From the NCBI GenBank assembly GCA_963729715.1, contig CAVSPA010000004.1, positions 64,001 to 128,000 on the forward strand: a DNA stretch of 64,000 bases. The letters are read 5' to 3'. This DNA is from an uncultured delta proteobacterium. Its GTDB lineage: Bacteria > Desulfobacterota > Syntrophia > Syntrophales > UBA2185. The translations under genes were made by a program, and so were the position numbers. Within the stretch, counting starts at the first letter, position 1; each line of letters begins with the position of its first letter. The notes beneath the pieces were generated by a model. The model was not told where the DNA came from and searched no databases. It saw only the letters and a program-made list of their open reading frames with translations. Of the stretch, positions 28,029 to 38,644 are shown one piece after another.

Positions 28029-28943
28029 TTATACAGTCTTGCCTTTTATATTACTGAAACCGTCCGCAAACGATTTGCAGATGAATCTTAATTCCTCAAA
28101 ATTAAATCTCTTGTTTCTAATAATGGACGCGAATATGCTCCGCGGTATTGAAAACAAAGCAAAGATATTCAAGGCAATCCATCTCTGAGGTACAGGAAAT
28201 AGCTTCTTTATCAGGATGATCTTGTTTCGGTAAAGATAGTATAGCCTGGACTTACTAATTGTACCGCCGATGGGAATTTTATGTTTGGCCACAGCTTTTG
28301 GTTCATAAATTATATTGTACCCGGCGGAGCAGGCACGCAGGCAGTAGTCAACTTCCCAGTGATTGATAAAGTATTCGGGATCAAAACCACCTAATTCATT
28401 GAACACACTCTTTTTCAGTAACCAGCAGCACCCGATGACGTAATCACATTTAATCCGTACCCGCGCATCTTCTCCATCATAAGAAGCTGTCCACCGATTG
28501 ACAAATCCCGGGCCATGCGAAGTCCTTTCAGGATAATCATAAAATACTGAACGCGCTCCCACCACGGCAGCACGATCTTCCTGAGCCGCCTCGATAAGAG
28601 CAGTGATTGTGTCAGACGCCAACTCTATGTCAGCATCTAACCCTAATATATATTTTGTCTGCTGTGAGAGCTTGGGAAACACCAGGTTATATGGTACATA
28701 ACTGCCTTCGTTTTTATCGTTCTGGATCAGCGATAGTTGCAACCATCCTTCCTCTTTCATTTCCCTAAAGCGGTTTTGAACCATCTGTGCCGTGTCATCT
28801 GTGGATGCATTATCCCAGATTACAATTTCAATTTTCTCTCTTGGATAATCTGTACGTCGGATTGATTCCAGACAAGGAAGCAGGTCAGATTGATCATTGT
28901 ATGTGGGGATGAATATTGAAATGGAGGGGGGATTGGATACCAT
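28029..28943 (-). CDS. Glycosyltransferase family 2
   Basis: IPTYN, DNASTD, LDADI, GGFDPEYF..EVDYC. Confidence 0.9.
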   Translation of the reverse strand: MVSNPPSISIFIPTYNDQSDLLPCLESIRRTDYPREKIEIVIWDNASTDDTAQMVQNRFREMKEEGWLQLSLIQNDKNEGSYVPYNLVFPKLSQQTKYILGLDADIELASDTITALIEAAQEDRAAVVGARSVFYDYPERTSHGPGFVNRWTASYDGEDARVRIKCDYVIGCCWLLKKSVFNELGGFDPEYFINHWEVDYCLRACSAGYNIIYEPKAVAKHKIPIGGTISKSRLYYLYRNKIILIKKLFPVPQRWIALNIFALFSIPRSIFASIIRNKRFNFEELRFICKSFADGFSNIKGKTV

Positions 28944-29470
28944 TTGTCTTCGATTAGTCTTTGGGGATAGAAGGGCGAAGTTAACGTATGACTTTTATTT
29001 CGTGCATAAGTAGTTAAGCCACGGCTCTTTTGTATCATCAAAATTATTCTCCATCTCTAAGCCATGGAGTGATGAAAATATTTTTATACCTTTAAATCCC
29101 ACACCTGATAATTGGTTAACCTGTTCATCAGGTAAGATATAGTAACTTCCCAGTGCGACGTTATGTATGCGCTCGATTACGATGGCATGTCTCATGCTCA
29201 TTAATCTTTTCTTATTATTTTTCATCCTAACGACGAGATACTTCCTGAAGTTTAATAACGTAAAAATCACGCTTATTGACCACTTAAATTTAAATACCTC
29301 ATCTATAAATTTCAGGTTGTGGGTGGAAAAAAAGAACATCCCTCCCTGCCTGCATACGCGTTTTATCTCTTGCAAGGCTTTTAGCCTGTCTTCATGGGAA
29401 AGGGAATCAAGCCCGTTAAAACTAAATAATACCAAATCAAAAGAGCTATCATCAAACACATCCATATTTC

Positions 29471-30838
29471 GGATCATCTGACTTTTTTGTACAAAGAAAC
29501 AGGCATAAGTACCTGTAACGCTTTTATAAATGTTCTTTGAAAATTGACACGTTTTCTAATCTCGGATAGAGTAGTTAGATGAAAACGAAAAATACACTCC
29601 GAGACCTGTATAAATTTCCTGGATTCCGTGCCCGTGCCACGCTGAAGCCACACCCGGAAGATCCTGAAGGATGCATTGTTACCCTGGAGCGCCGCCAAAA
29701 AAAACAGTCTGTTCCGGCTGCGGTACAACGGCATCAAGCTATCGGGACCGGCGAACTCATAGGGTGCGAGACCTGGATGCCGGAGCAACCCGCATCTATC
29801 TTGACTTCGAGTATCGCAGGGTTGCCTGCCCGCATTGCAAAGCCGTGAAACGCGAGACTCTTTCAATGCTGGCCAAGTCGTCCCGGTTCACTCAGCGGTT
29901 CGAAGACCGCATTGGACTGCTCTGTCGCGAGATGAGCATCAAACGTGTTGCAGAGCTTAACAACCTGAGCTGGGACCAGGTATGTCGCATGGAGAAGGGT
30001 TACATGCGTCGCCTGCTGGAGCAGCATCCGCCTTCCGCACAGCTTCGGACCATTGGCATCGATGAAATATCGACCCGTAAGGGCCACACCTATGCCATCG
30101 TTGTCGCCGATCTTGACCAGAGACGACCGATCTGGCTGGGTGGACAGGGTCGCACCGAACAGGATTTACAGTTGTTCTTCGACACCATGGGGCCTGAGCG
30201 CTGCAAGACAATCGAACTGGCGGTCATGGATATGTGGAAGCCATTTCGTAAAGCAACGCTGAGTCATGCTCCCAACGCACAGATTGTCTATGACAAGTTT
30301 CACATCACGCGTCATCTGGCAGACGCCCTTGATCAGGTCAGACGCAGCGAGTACAAACGTGTCAATGAGAAAGAACGTCGGTTCATCAAGGGGCAGCGCT
30401 ATACGTTGCTGTCCCATAAAGCCAATTTAGATATTGAAGGCCGACGGGCCTTGCAAATGCTGTTAAAAGCAAACAAACGGCTTCATAAAGCCTATCTGTT
30501 GAAAGAATCGTTCGGGCAACTCTGGGATTATAACAACCCAACATGGGCACGAAAGTTCTTTGAAAGCTGGAAAGACCAGTTGCGCTGGCAGCGGCTTAAA
30601 CCCTTTGAGAAGTTTGCTGCTCTCATTGAGCGTCACTGGGACGGAATCATCAGTTACTGCCATCCTGATCACAAGGTTTCACTTGGATTCATGGAAGGCT
30701 TGAATAACAAGATCCGCGTCATCCAGCGCAGAGCATACGGCATTAAGGATCAGGAATACCTGATGCTCAAAGTTATAACTTCCTTTATCAAAGAACCGAA
30801 ATAGAATTAAATTTATGCACAACAAACCCAGAAGACCC
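29471..30838 (+). mobile_element. ISL3-family insertion sequence (1368 bp)
   Basis: Ends GGATCATCTG / CAGAAGACCC (imperfect inverted repeat); 8-bp target duplication CATATTTC at 29463-29470 and 30839-30846. Confidence 0.93.
29579..30804 (+). CDS. ISL3-family transposase; needs a -1 shift at the A8 run (29697-29704)
   Basis: Zn finger CSGC..CPHC, IGIDE, MDMW, YDKFH, EGLNNKIRVIQRRAYG; N-terminus MKTKNTL...ERRQKK lies in the neighbouring frame. Confidence 0.88.
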
Positions 30839-31212
30839 CATATTTCTAACGTCACATACCAGGAACTTTTCTTTGGGAAATCTTTCCTTACATGCTTTGA
30901 TCATGCTTTCCGAATAATCTATGCCCGTGTAGCCGGCAACGCGAGTGGCAAAAAAATGAGTGGTTCTTCCTCCACCTACTCCTATGTCTAACATCTTCAG
31001 TGATTCTAATTTTTCTTCTAACTTGCATAATAATACAAGTTCTGCTTTGTCCAAATAGAGGGCATTCTTATATACCTTAACAACGTCCTCACGCTCGTAT
31101 GCTTCTTTATTCGGGTCTATTATTGTGCATTCAGATAATGCCACTGCATCGTTCCGGATGAAATTGAAATGAAGGGGAGACTATATATGATTTGTCAGTG
31201 AGATTAATTTGC

Positions 31213-31953
31213 CTATTTTCTCGCGATTACTTTAATAGCATATGATCCTGAACCATTCTTCCATAACGTATCCAGATACCCACATATGAAGAGTAACGGT
31301 TGCAAGACGTGTTTTACAGAAATATTCTTTTCAGTTAGCATATCTATTTCCCACGCCAGCTTACCCCAAAAACCAAATGTGTAACACGCATCCTCAATTC
31401 TAAATCCTAATTTACGAAGAATCTTTGATAGCGTCTCTAAATCGTATTGCTCCCCTACATGTTCCTTTTCTTCCCAGGCGATATAATCGGTAAACCACTT
31501 TTTCGGAAATAAAAAACTATGACCTGGTTCGTAGGGCATGGCCAAATAGAAAATGCCGTTTGATTTAAGCCCTTGGTAGATATTTTCAAAAACCTTAGAA
31601 TTGTCCTGGATGTGTTCCAAAACATCTATGGAAAATATGAAGTCATACCGCTCTTTCTCAAGAGGTATTCTTATGTCATACTGAAAAAATAGGACGTTAT
31701 TGATTTTCTCTGAAATTGCTTTTTCAATACAGCCGTCTATATCCGCTTGAGAAACATCATATCCGGTTATGCGAGCCTTTGGAAAATGCGCTGCTGCGAA
31801 GAAAGTAAAGAGTCCAGGGCCGCAACCGGCATCAAGCGCTTCTTCAAATTGCGCCTGTTTTAAATACTTCCTGAAATACAAAAGGCGTATATAAGCGCTT
31901 ATATGTGCCGAGGGAATATATCGATAAAATATCTTTTTAAATAATGAGAGCAT
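31213..31953 (-). CDS. Class I SAM methyltransferase
   Basis: LDAGCGPG; YDFIFSIDVLEHI. Confidence 0.88.
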   Translation of the reverse strand: MLSLFKKIFYRYIPSAHISAYIRLLYFRKYLKQAQFEEALDAGCGPGLFTFFAAAHFPKARITGYDVSQADIDGCIEKAISEKINNVLFFQYDIRIPLEKERYDFIFSIDVLEHIQDNSKVFENIYQGLKSNGIFYLAMPYEPGHSFLFPKKWFTDYIAWEEKEHVGEQYDLETLSKILRKLGFRIEDACYTFGFWGKLAWEIDMLTEKNISVKHVLQPLLFICGYLDTLWKNGSGSYAIKVIARK

Positions 31954-31968
31954 TTATTCCGGCTGTCT

Positions 31969-33222
31969 TTAGGTTAATTTTGAAGACGGCCGCTTCATTT
32001 CAATTTGTTCGATCATTAATGATTCGTAATGATTTATCATCATCTGAGCGCTGAATTTCTGCTGCACAAAAAGATAGCCATTATCAGCCAGTTTGTGGGA
32101 AAGGTCACTGTCGCTAAGCAGGAGGCTTATGCTCGCTTCAAGTTTAGTCATATCTCCCGGCGGAATTAAGAGGCCATTGAATCCGTTTTTCACGATCGAT
32201 GCGTTTCCGCCTATATTAGTTGTGATGACCGGTTTCTTGCAGGCCATTGCTTCGAGGATGGAAAGAGGTAAACCTTCTTTTCTCAATGTGGGCAAGACAA
32301 AAACATCGGCTGCATTTATATGGTCAGGCAGCAATTCAATATCCACCATGCCTGTGAATGTTACGCGGTTGTTTATAGCCAGATGAAAGGCCATTTCTTT
32401 TGCTCCTTCAAGAAAATCGCCGCCGCCTACAACGAGGAGACTCACGTTATTGTCCTGCGCAGCAAGGGAAGGCAAAACCTTAAGCAAAAGGTGGAGGCCT
32501 TTTTGAGGCGTTACGTGACTCATAAACAGAACTATCTTTTGACCTGATAATTGAGGGTATCTCTTGATGAGACGCTGCTTGGCTGTCGGGTCGGGCTCAA
32601 AATGGTCTGTGTCAACGCCGTTATAAATGGTCTTGATCCTATCCGGTTTCATGAAAAACCATTTGTGAAAAGAAGATGTAACTTCATCTGCCGGTGTGAT
32701 GATTATGTCGCTTAGTCGAAAATTAGGTAGCTCCCACACCAGATAGTGATAAAGGAATGATGTTATACTCCTGATTAAGATTGTCGGGTGATGTTTAAAG
32801 TTCAGGAATCTATTTAACTCCGATAGCATCACCCATCCTTCGTGCGCCTGAATCAATGTGATGATGGGAGTATTCGACCTGACTTCCTTCGAGAAAGGGG
32901 GGAAAATAGGTTGTTGTGAACAAATGATATCAAATCTAACTGCGTCGTTTAGAGCATTAAACTTCTTCAGGCTTTCCTTTCTCCAACCCTTTCGTACTGA
33001 ACCAAATTCTGTGTTTGGTAGATAATATATCTGAATGTTGCCTTTCTCTTCATAGGCTATTCCTGATGGATGACGGGAAGAGATAACGGTAATTTTATGA
33101 CCACGACCTGCCAGACCTTCAAGGAGCAATTTGCCAAAAATATCCATGCCTCCTCTGAGTCCATGCCAGTATGTGACAGATGAAAAGAAACAGACATTCA
33201 TTATTTTATAAAGACCTCGCAA
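31969..33222 (-). CDS. Glycosyltransferase family 4
   Basis: IYNGVD; PTLRKEGLPLSILEAMAC. Confidence 0.92.
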   Translation of the reverse strand: MRGLYKIMNVCFFSSVTYWHGLRGGMDIFGKLLLEGLAGRGHKITVISSRHPSGIAYEEKGNIQIYYLPNTEFGSVRKGWRKESLKKFNALNDAVRFDIICSQQPIFPPFSKEVRSNTPIITLIQAHEGWVMLSELNRFLNFKHHPTILIRSITSFLYHYLVWELPNFRLSDIIITPADEVTSSFHKWFFMKPDRIKTIYNGVDTDHFEPDPTAKQRLIKRYPQLSGQKIVLFMSHVTPQKGLHLLLKVLPSLAAQDNNVSLLVVGGGDFLEGAKEMAFHLAINNRVTFTGMVDIELLPDHINAADVFVLPTLRKEGLPLSILEAMACKKPVITTNIGGNASIVKNGFNGLLIPPGDMTKLEASISLLLSDSDLSHKLADNGYLFVQQKFSAQMMINHYESLMIEQIEMKRPSSKLT

Positions 33223-33258
33223 TGGGAATTGATGTAAGGGGGATGGTGCATATGAAAT

Positions 33259-34224
33259 CTATCTTGTATTGTGCCAATTCCAGGCGGTTTCTATAATTGT
33301 TGATAGATCAGTATAGTTAGGCTTCCAGTTCAAAATCTGTTTTGCCTTATCTGAGCTTCCGATGAGAACCGGCGGATCTCCGGCCCTCCTTTCCGAGGAG
33401 ATCGCTTTGATGCCCTTCCCGGTGACACGTTTTGCAGTTTCGATGACTTCTCTAACGGAAAAGCCTTTTCCATTGCCCAGGTTAAATGAATCGCTTTTTC
33501 CGCCATTCATCAAATATTGCAACCCCCTTAAGTGGGCATCTGCCAGATCTGTGACGTGGATGTAGTCGCGAATGCAGGTCCCATCCGGAGTATTATAATC
33601 TGTACCGAGTATCTTTACGTCTTCCCGTTTGCCTTGGGCCGCATACAAGACCAGGGGAATGAGGTGGGTTTCGGGGTCGTGCTTCTCACCGATTTCACCG
33701 TCGGGATCAGCTCCGGCTGCATTGAAGTATCGGAGGTTTACGTGGCTGAGGCCGTATGCGCTATCAAAGTCTCTCAGGATTTGTTCCACCATGAGTTTGG
33801 TCTTGCCGTACGGGTTTATGGGATGTTGTAGATGGTCCTCCGTAAGGGGAATGGCAAGGGGGACGCCATAGGTGACGCAGGAAGATGAAAAAATGCAGTG
33901 CTTCACGTCAAATTCTCTCATGACGTCGAGGAGATTCAGGGTGTTTGCGACATTGTTGTGATAATATTTGGATGGATCAACCACCGATTCGCCTACATAA
34001 GCATAACCGCTGAAATGCATGACAGCCTCGATGGAATATGTCCTGAAGCAGCTCCGCAACTGTTCTTTGTTAGCCAAATCGCCAAGAAAAAAATTACCCC
34101 ATTTTACGAATTCGTGGTGTCCGTAAATAAGGTTGTCAAACACGATAGTTTTATAACCGTGCTGGCATAAGAGTTTGTTGGTGTGAGAACCAACATAACC
34201 CGCACCACCTGTAATTAGTATCAT
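33259..34224 (-). CDS. galE: UDP-glucose 4-epimerase
   Basis: TGGAGYVGSH, VGESV, YGKTK, LRYFNAAGA, DGTCIRDYIHV. Confidence 0.93.
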   Translation of the reverse strand: MILITGGAGYVGSHTNKLLCQHGYKTIVFDNLIYGHHEFVKWGNFFLGDLANKEQLRSCFRTYSIEAVMHFSGYAYVGESVVDPSKYYHNNVANTLNLLDVMREFDVKHCIFSSSCVTYGVPLAIPLTEDHLQHPINPYGKTKLMVEQILRDFDSAYGLSHVNLRYFNAAGADPDGEIGEKHDPETHLIPLVLYAAQGKREDVKILGTDYNTPDGTCIRDYIHVTDLADAHLRGLQYLMNGGKSDSFNLGNGKGFSVREVIETAKRVTGKGIKAISSERRAGDPPVLIGSSDKAKQILNWKPNYTDLSTIIETAWNWHNTR

Positions 34225-34353
34225 AACGTCTATAAAGTTTGTATGTCTCTGATCTTAAATTATTGGTCTGTTTGAGGAGGTCTTTTTTTAAGTTTTTAGT
34301 TTCTCAGCGCACGCCGCTATGTAACACATCATAAGAAACAGATATTCAGTATA

Positions 34354-35013
34354 TCATGAATGACATTCAACGAAGATAGTACTGCTGCAAAGTTGAGGAA
34401 AGTTTTCTGCGAGAATTCTAATACGGTTTCCATAGCCCCAATAGCGACTGGTAGATAAACCTGCTTGAGATAATCTTTCCTGCAGGCTGGAAAGAACAAA
34501 GGCGTGGATGTGTTCAGGGTTGAGGACTTCCGGATGGGGTAAGGCTCCCACCAGTAATTGAAGACGAAAACGCCAGTAAGCCAAATTGGGAACAGAGATC
34601 AGCGCCTTGCCGCCAGGCTTAAGAACCCTTTTGATTTCTTTTAGAACATGAGTGACGTCGTAGACGTGTTCAAGGAATTCCATGCATATTACGGCGTCAT
34701 AATATGCGTCCGCAGCGGGGATGTCTTCAATGTCAATATTTAATTGCCATGATTCATCTAAAAAACTTGACGCGTGCTCAATGGCTGTCTTCGAGAAATC
34801 TAAACCGTGAATTTCAATTTGTGGAAGGTCATCCTTGATCTTTGCAGCTAGATACCCGACACCACATCCAATATCTAACAAATTCTGCGGTTGGCGCGCT
34901 GCGACCCAATTCCTCGCAATTTTAATCCTGGGAAGCGCATTAAACTTCTCCATTTCGTTCAATGAACTACGCCAGTTCCGATCATGCAATAATTCAGGTG
35001 CTGATTCTTTCAT
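34354..35013 (-). CDS. Class I SAM methyltransferase
   Basis: LLDIGCGVG; EFLEHV; VLKPGG. Confidence 0.88.
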   Translation of the reverse strand: MKESAPELLHDRNWRSSLNEMEKFNALPRIKIARNWVAARQPQNLLDIGCGVGYLAAKIKDDLPQIEIHGLDFSKTAIEHASSFLDESWQLNIDIEDIPAADAYYDAVICMEFLEHVYDVTHVLKEIKRVLKPGGKALISVPNLAYWRFRLQLLVGALPHPEVLNPEHIHAFVLSSLQERLSQAGLSTSRYWGYGNRIRILAENFPQLCSSTIFVECHS

Positions 35014-35031
35014 AGTCTCCTGACGATCTCT

Positions 35032-36027
35032 CTATAAATCCTTCATTTTCTTTGCGAGCCACTCTTCATCTTTTGTCTCTTGGATAACGCGTAGAATACG
35101 TGCCGGCATAAAGTGCTTGACGATTCTTCGTACAGACCAATACTTATCCCTTTCCTCGCACCTGTTGCATATAAAATCGGGTGGCAAATTGCGGCCATCG
35201 TAGATTTTTTGCAGAGTCTCGAGGAATCGGTCGCCATTCCATACTTCATCTATGGTTGAGCTGCTTAAGTTGCCTAATATGATCTCTTGCGCCATGTCAT
35301 GGCAGCACAGGAGAACGTCGCCCTTAAAGGATACCACCATTTCATAGAATGGTCTTTCGGTGCGGCATCCTGAAATCCTTCTTCTTGGGACCATATTAAT
35401 CTCGCTGACGAGTCCAGCCCTCGACAAGGCCTTATCTATGATTACGGTTACATTCCTGGATCGCCAGAAAGAACGCATTTTGTTTTCTTCATCAGAATCC
35501 CAACCAAAAGAAACAGCATTTATGCGGATTCTGTTTGTGGGGAATTTCTTTAATAGATAGTCAATATTCTTCATGGTCGTATCATAGTCCAGATGCATAA
35601 TGCTCTCGTAGGTCTTGCGGCTTATTCCATGAAAACTGATATTGAAAAATCCATTAAAACCGATTTCAACGAGAGAATCCACAATGGCAGGAACCAGAAG
35701 CGATGCGTTGGTATTGAAATAGATATGTATATTCCTGTCCATGGCATACTTGGCCCACCTTGCAATGTCTTTTAAAATAAAAGGCTCACCCATTTGGCAA
35801 TATCCCAGGACGCCTGTGAAATCGTGTCGATCCATCAAGCCTTTATAATCATCTATAATTTTTGTATATAAGTCCCATGACATGAAACCCATAGGGTTCA
35901 CTTTGCTCAGTTGGGGGTAAGGGCAGATCCGGCAACGCGCATTACAATAACTGTGAAGATCAAGCAGGAGACTGCTTGGATAGGGGCGACGTTTCGATAA
36001 TTGTCCTTTGAGATGCTGCATCATCAA
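35032..36027 (-). CDS. Radical SAM protein with SPASM/twitch C-terminal domain
   Basis: CNARCRIC; GEP; C...GDVLLCCHD...LGN......IDEVWNG...CNRC. Confidence 0.88.
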   Translation of the reverse strand: MMMQHLKGQLSKRRPYPSSLLLDLHSYCNARCRICPYPQLSKVNPMGFMSWDLYTKIIDDYKGLMDRHDFTGVLGYCQMGEPFILKDIARWAKYAMDRNIHIYFNTNASLLVPAIVDSLVEIGFNGFFNISFHGISRKTYESIMHLDYDTTMKNIDYLLKKFPTNRIRINAVSFGWDSDEENKMRSFWRSRNVTVIIDKALSRAGLVSEINMVPRRRISGCRTERPFYEMVVSFKGDVLLCCHDMAQEIILGNLSSSTIDEVWNGDRFLETLQKIYDGRNLPPDFICNRCEERDKYWSVRRIVKHFMPARILRVIQETKDEEWLAKKMKDL

Positions 36028-36230
36028 TTTAACGATCGGTTTTTTTCGTAAAGGATTGTTGGTTCATCCGACTGCTGCGTGCGTATAGATGATAATATTG
36101 AATCTAACCTTGACTGACCTTCATACTGTTTGACAATAATTGTTTATCAAAAGTGGCGATTACGGATTAAAATAGAGTACGTAAAGCTGAGGAGCGTGGG
36201 CAACAGCGGAGCTGAGCGTCCGCACATTCT

Positions 36231-37091
36231 TCAAAAAAATGGTTGCCACTCTGTTCCGTGCTTGGGCGCCGATAGTTTTGTAGGCTGCACAAGATGCTTC
36301 TCAATTACGACGACGTAGGGATAGAAGTGGATTGAGTGGATCGATGCCTGAAACTGCGATATACTACTCTCGAGGAGGGAGCCTGATATTATGTTCGTGT
36401 CATTTAACTCATGGACAAGGCTTGTTCCAAAAGCAGAAAAGTTGTTAAATTGTCCATGAACATCCTCACACAAATAAACTCCTCCGGGGCGAAGGTACAG
36501 CAACATTTCTTCCAGAGTAATCTGCTGCTGCTCCGGCGTGTGACCACCATCATCAATCAGGATGTCTATACCTTCTACACTTTTCCTGAAAGTGCTCCAA
36601 AAGGCCCTATCCGCTTGGTCGCCAATAAAGACAGAAACGTGGTCATTTTCATATGCTTTGCATGCTTCCTCAATATCTACTCCGTATATGTAACTTTTTC
36701 CTCCAAAATAGGATCGCCACATTTCAAGGCTTCCACCACTACAGATACCAATTTCCAGGACATTCACCTTCTGACCAATAAACCGCGCAAAATGCCGGTG
36801 ATAAATGTCGAAGTAGTGCTCCCATTTCCAGATACCATGGCCTTCCTTATGCTTCTGAAAATACTCCCAAAGTGGATTTATCGACGAAAAGGCAGGGGCG
36901 TCTGCTTTTGTGGTATTATCTGTATATGCGCGTGAAAATCTATGGCCACTACAGCCGAAAGGTACTGTATTGACTACTTGGTAAAACACTCGTGGATCCG
37001 TCGCTATGGCCTTCAATAAACGATGAACACTTCTGAGATATCTTTTCACTTGTCCTAATCCTTCTGGTGTTTTTTGCCGCCGCCTTGCCAA
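36231..37091 (-). CDS. Class I SAM methyltransferase (sugar O-methyltransferase-like)
   Basis: KWEHYFDIY, VLEIGICSGGSLEMW, GVDI, IDDGGH, GGVYLCED. Confidence 0.85.
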   Translation of the reverse strand: MARRRQKTPEGLGQVKRYLRSVHRLLKAIATDPRVFYQVVNTVPFGCSGHRFSRAYTDNTTKADAPAFSSINPLWEYFQKHKEGHGIWKWEHYFDIYHRHFARFIGQKVNVLEIGICSGGSLEMWRSYFGGKSYIYGVDIEEACKAYENDHVSVFIGDQADRAFWSTFRKSVEGIDILIDDGGHTPEQQQITLEEMLLYLRPGGVYLCEDVHGQFNNFSAFGTSLVHELNDTNIISGSLLESSISQFQASIHSIHFYPYVVVIEKHLVQPTKLSAPKHGTEWQPFF

Positions 37092-37112
37092 CGCGCACGG
37101 AAGATTTTCATC

Positions 37113-37946
37113 TTAGACAAGTGCGCATGGGCCTGAGGATCCCGATTTTTTTACTTTGGCTCCCCTTAATGAATATATTACCATCAATAAAATGTTGCTG
37201 AAAAGATAATAGAAGAAAAAAATAACGAGAAACAGATCAATGAACTTCCCTATGAAAGCAATGAGAAGAATTATGTAATGTGTTTCACGAACGCGAAGAT
37301 TGTGATTAATAACGCGGATGACTTTAGCTATGCCATAAGCTGCATCCGGCGTATCCTGCCGGACATTCAAGTGAGGCGCTGATGTATTTTCAGAAACACC
37401 CAGCGCTTCCCATGCGGGCCTTAGTAGGCTGTCAAAGGTCTGCTCGATATATTGCAACCATATATAAAGAAAACCGGTTAAACTGCCTATAATAAGCCAG
37501 GTAAATTCGGGAACTGGCAAAATCTTCTGAATCAAGAGATACTCTGGATTGCGAAAAGCCATTACACCGACTACGGCCCAAAAAATAAAGTCAGTGATGC
37601 AACCACAAATTGAATCCAAAAACCTTCCGTAAGGGTTTTGCGTTTTCATTGTTCTGGCGATGTCACCATCAACACAATCCAGGAGATTAAAAAGCCAAAG
37701 TAGGCCTATTCCAGCTACTAAGAATTTTTGCCCCCCACTCATAAGAAAAAGACAACCTGCAAATCCTACAACACCGGACAGCCAGGATACAGCCTCTGAT
37801 GTTAAACCAATCCTGATTGCCAGCCATGTAATGAAAAAGCTGACTGGTCGGAATATGAACGTGTTTACCGGCAATAATCGCTCATAGTCATGTCTTACTC
37901 TATGAGCTTCACGAATTTCCTGAAGTGTCGGCAGAAATCTTGTCAT
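37113..37946 (-). CDS. CDP-alcohol phosphatidyltransferase family protein
   Basis: DCVDGDIAR......YGRFLDS motif; multiple TM helices. Confidence 0.88.
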   Translation of the reverse strand: MTRFLPTLQEIREAHRVRHDYERLLPVNTFIFRPVSFFITWLAIRIGLTSEAVSWLSGVVGFAGCLFLMSGGQKFLVAGIGLLWLFNLLDCVDGDIARTMKTQNPYGRFLDSICGCITDFIFWAVVGVMAFRNPEYLLIQKILPVPEFTWLIIGSLTGFLYIWLQYIEQTFDSLLRPAWEALGVSENTSAPHLNVRQDTPDAAYGIAKVIRVINHNLRVRETHYIILLIAFIGKFIDLFLVIFFFYYLFSNILLMVIYSLRGAKVKKSGSSGPCALV

Positions 37947-38644
37947 TTTTTAATTGCCTCCAGAGCGATGCCTCCGCAAAAATATTCTCCGAATAGATAT
38001 TTGCCAATGATTGCTCGAATAAAGAGTCGTTTCCATGAACGGGAAAACTGCTTTTCATTAACGTAAAAGTTTATCCGCTTGAATCCAGCCTGATTCAATA
38101 AAAAGGAAAGGTCCTTGCGGGTAAAATAATGCAGGTGCCCGCCGCCCCAGACGAAATCGTCGATTGTCGTGCGGGGAAATGATCCATGGAAAATTAACGT
38201 ATGCAGGTTTCTGAAGTATCTTATATTGGGTGTGGTCAATACTAATCGTCCAGATGGTTTTAGAACTCGCTTGATTTCCGCAAGAATCCGAAGCGGATTT
38301 ATCATGTGTTCCAGAAATTCGAGGGCCGTTACACATTCGAAGGAATCGTCTTTGTAGGGAACGTATCCCTCATTCAGATCGGCACATAGAGACAACATCC
38401 CCATCTCCTTTGCCTCACTCAGGGCATTCAAAGAAATATCGCAACCATGTATTTCTTCGTATCTATCAATTGCTATTTCCATGATGGAGCCATCTCCGCA
38501 TCCGATGTCTAAGAGCCGTTTCCCTTTGCTTAAAAGCGGTTCAATTGATTCGAGTATTTCATTGGGCGACTGATCGGACTTAACGGCTTTCGTCAATAGG
38601 CGATTCTGCCAGTATGTGTCGTACAGACTTTTGAATCGTGCCAT
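37943..38644 (-). CDS. Class I SAM methyltransferase
   Basis: LLDIGCGDG; EFLEHM; VLKPSG. Confidence 0.88.
   Translation of the reverse strand: MARFKSLYDTYWQNRLLTKAVKSDQSPNEILESIEPLLSKGKRLLDIGCGDGSIMEIAIDRYEEIHGCDISLNALSEAKEMGMLSLCADLNEGYVPYKDDSFECVTALEFLEHMINPLRILAEIKRVLKPSGRLVLTTPNIRYFRNLHTLIFHGSFPRTTIDDFVWGGGHLHYFTRKDLSFLLNQAGFKRINFYVNEKQFSRSWKRLFIRAIIGKYLFGEYFCGGIALEAIKK

Larger units (their letters stand above)
28995..31144 (-). pseudogene. Class I SAM methyltransferase interrupted by ISL3
   Basis: N-half (31144-30839: LDIGVGGGR...CDVRNM) rejoins C-half (29462-28995: DVFDDSSFDLVLFSFNGLD) in frame once the IS and one CATATTTC copy are removed. Confidence 0.9.

Noticed and set aside
36190..36230. 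Integron attC site after the methyltransferase gene
   Set aside because: Only a vague partial resemblance; no matching RYYYAAC/GTTRRRY pair and no integrase
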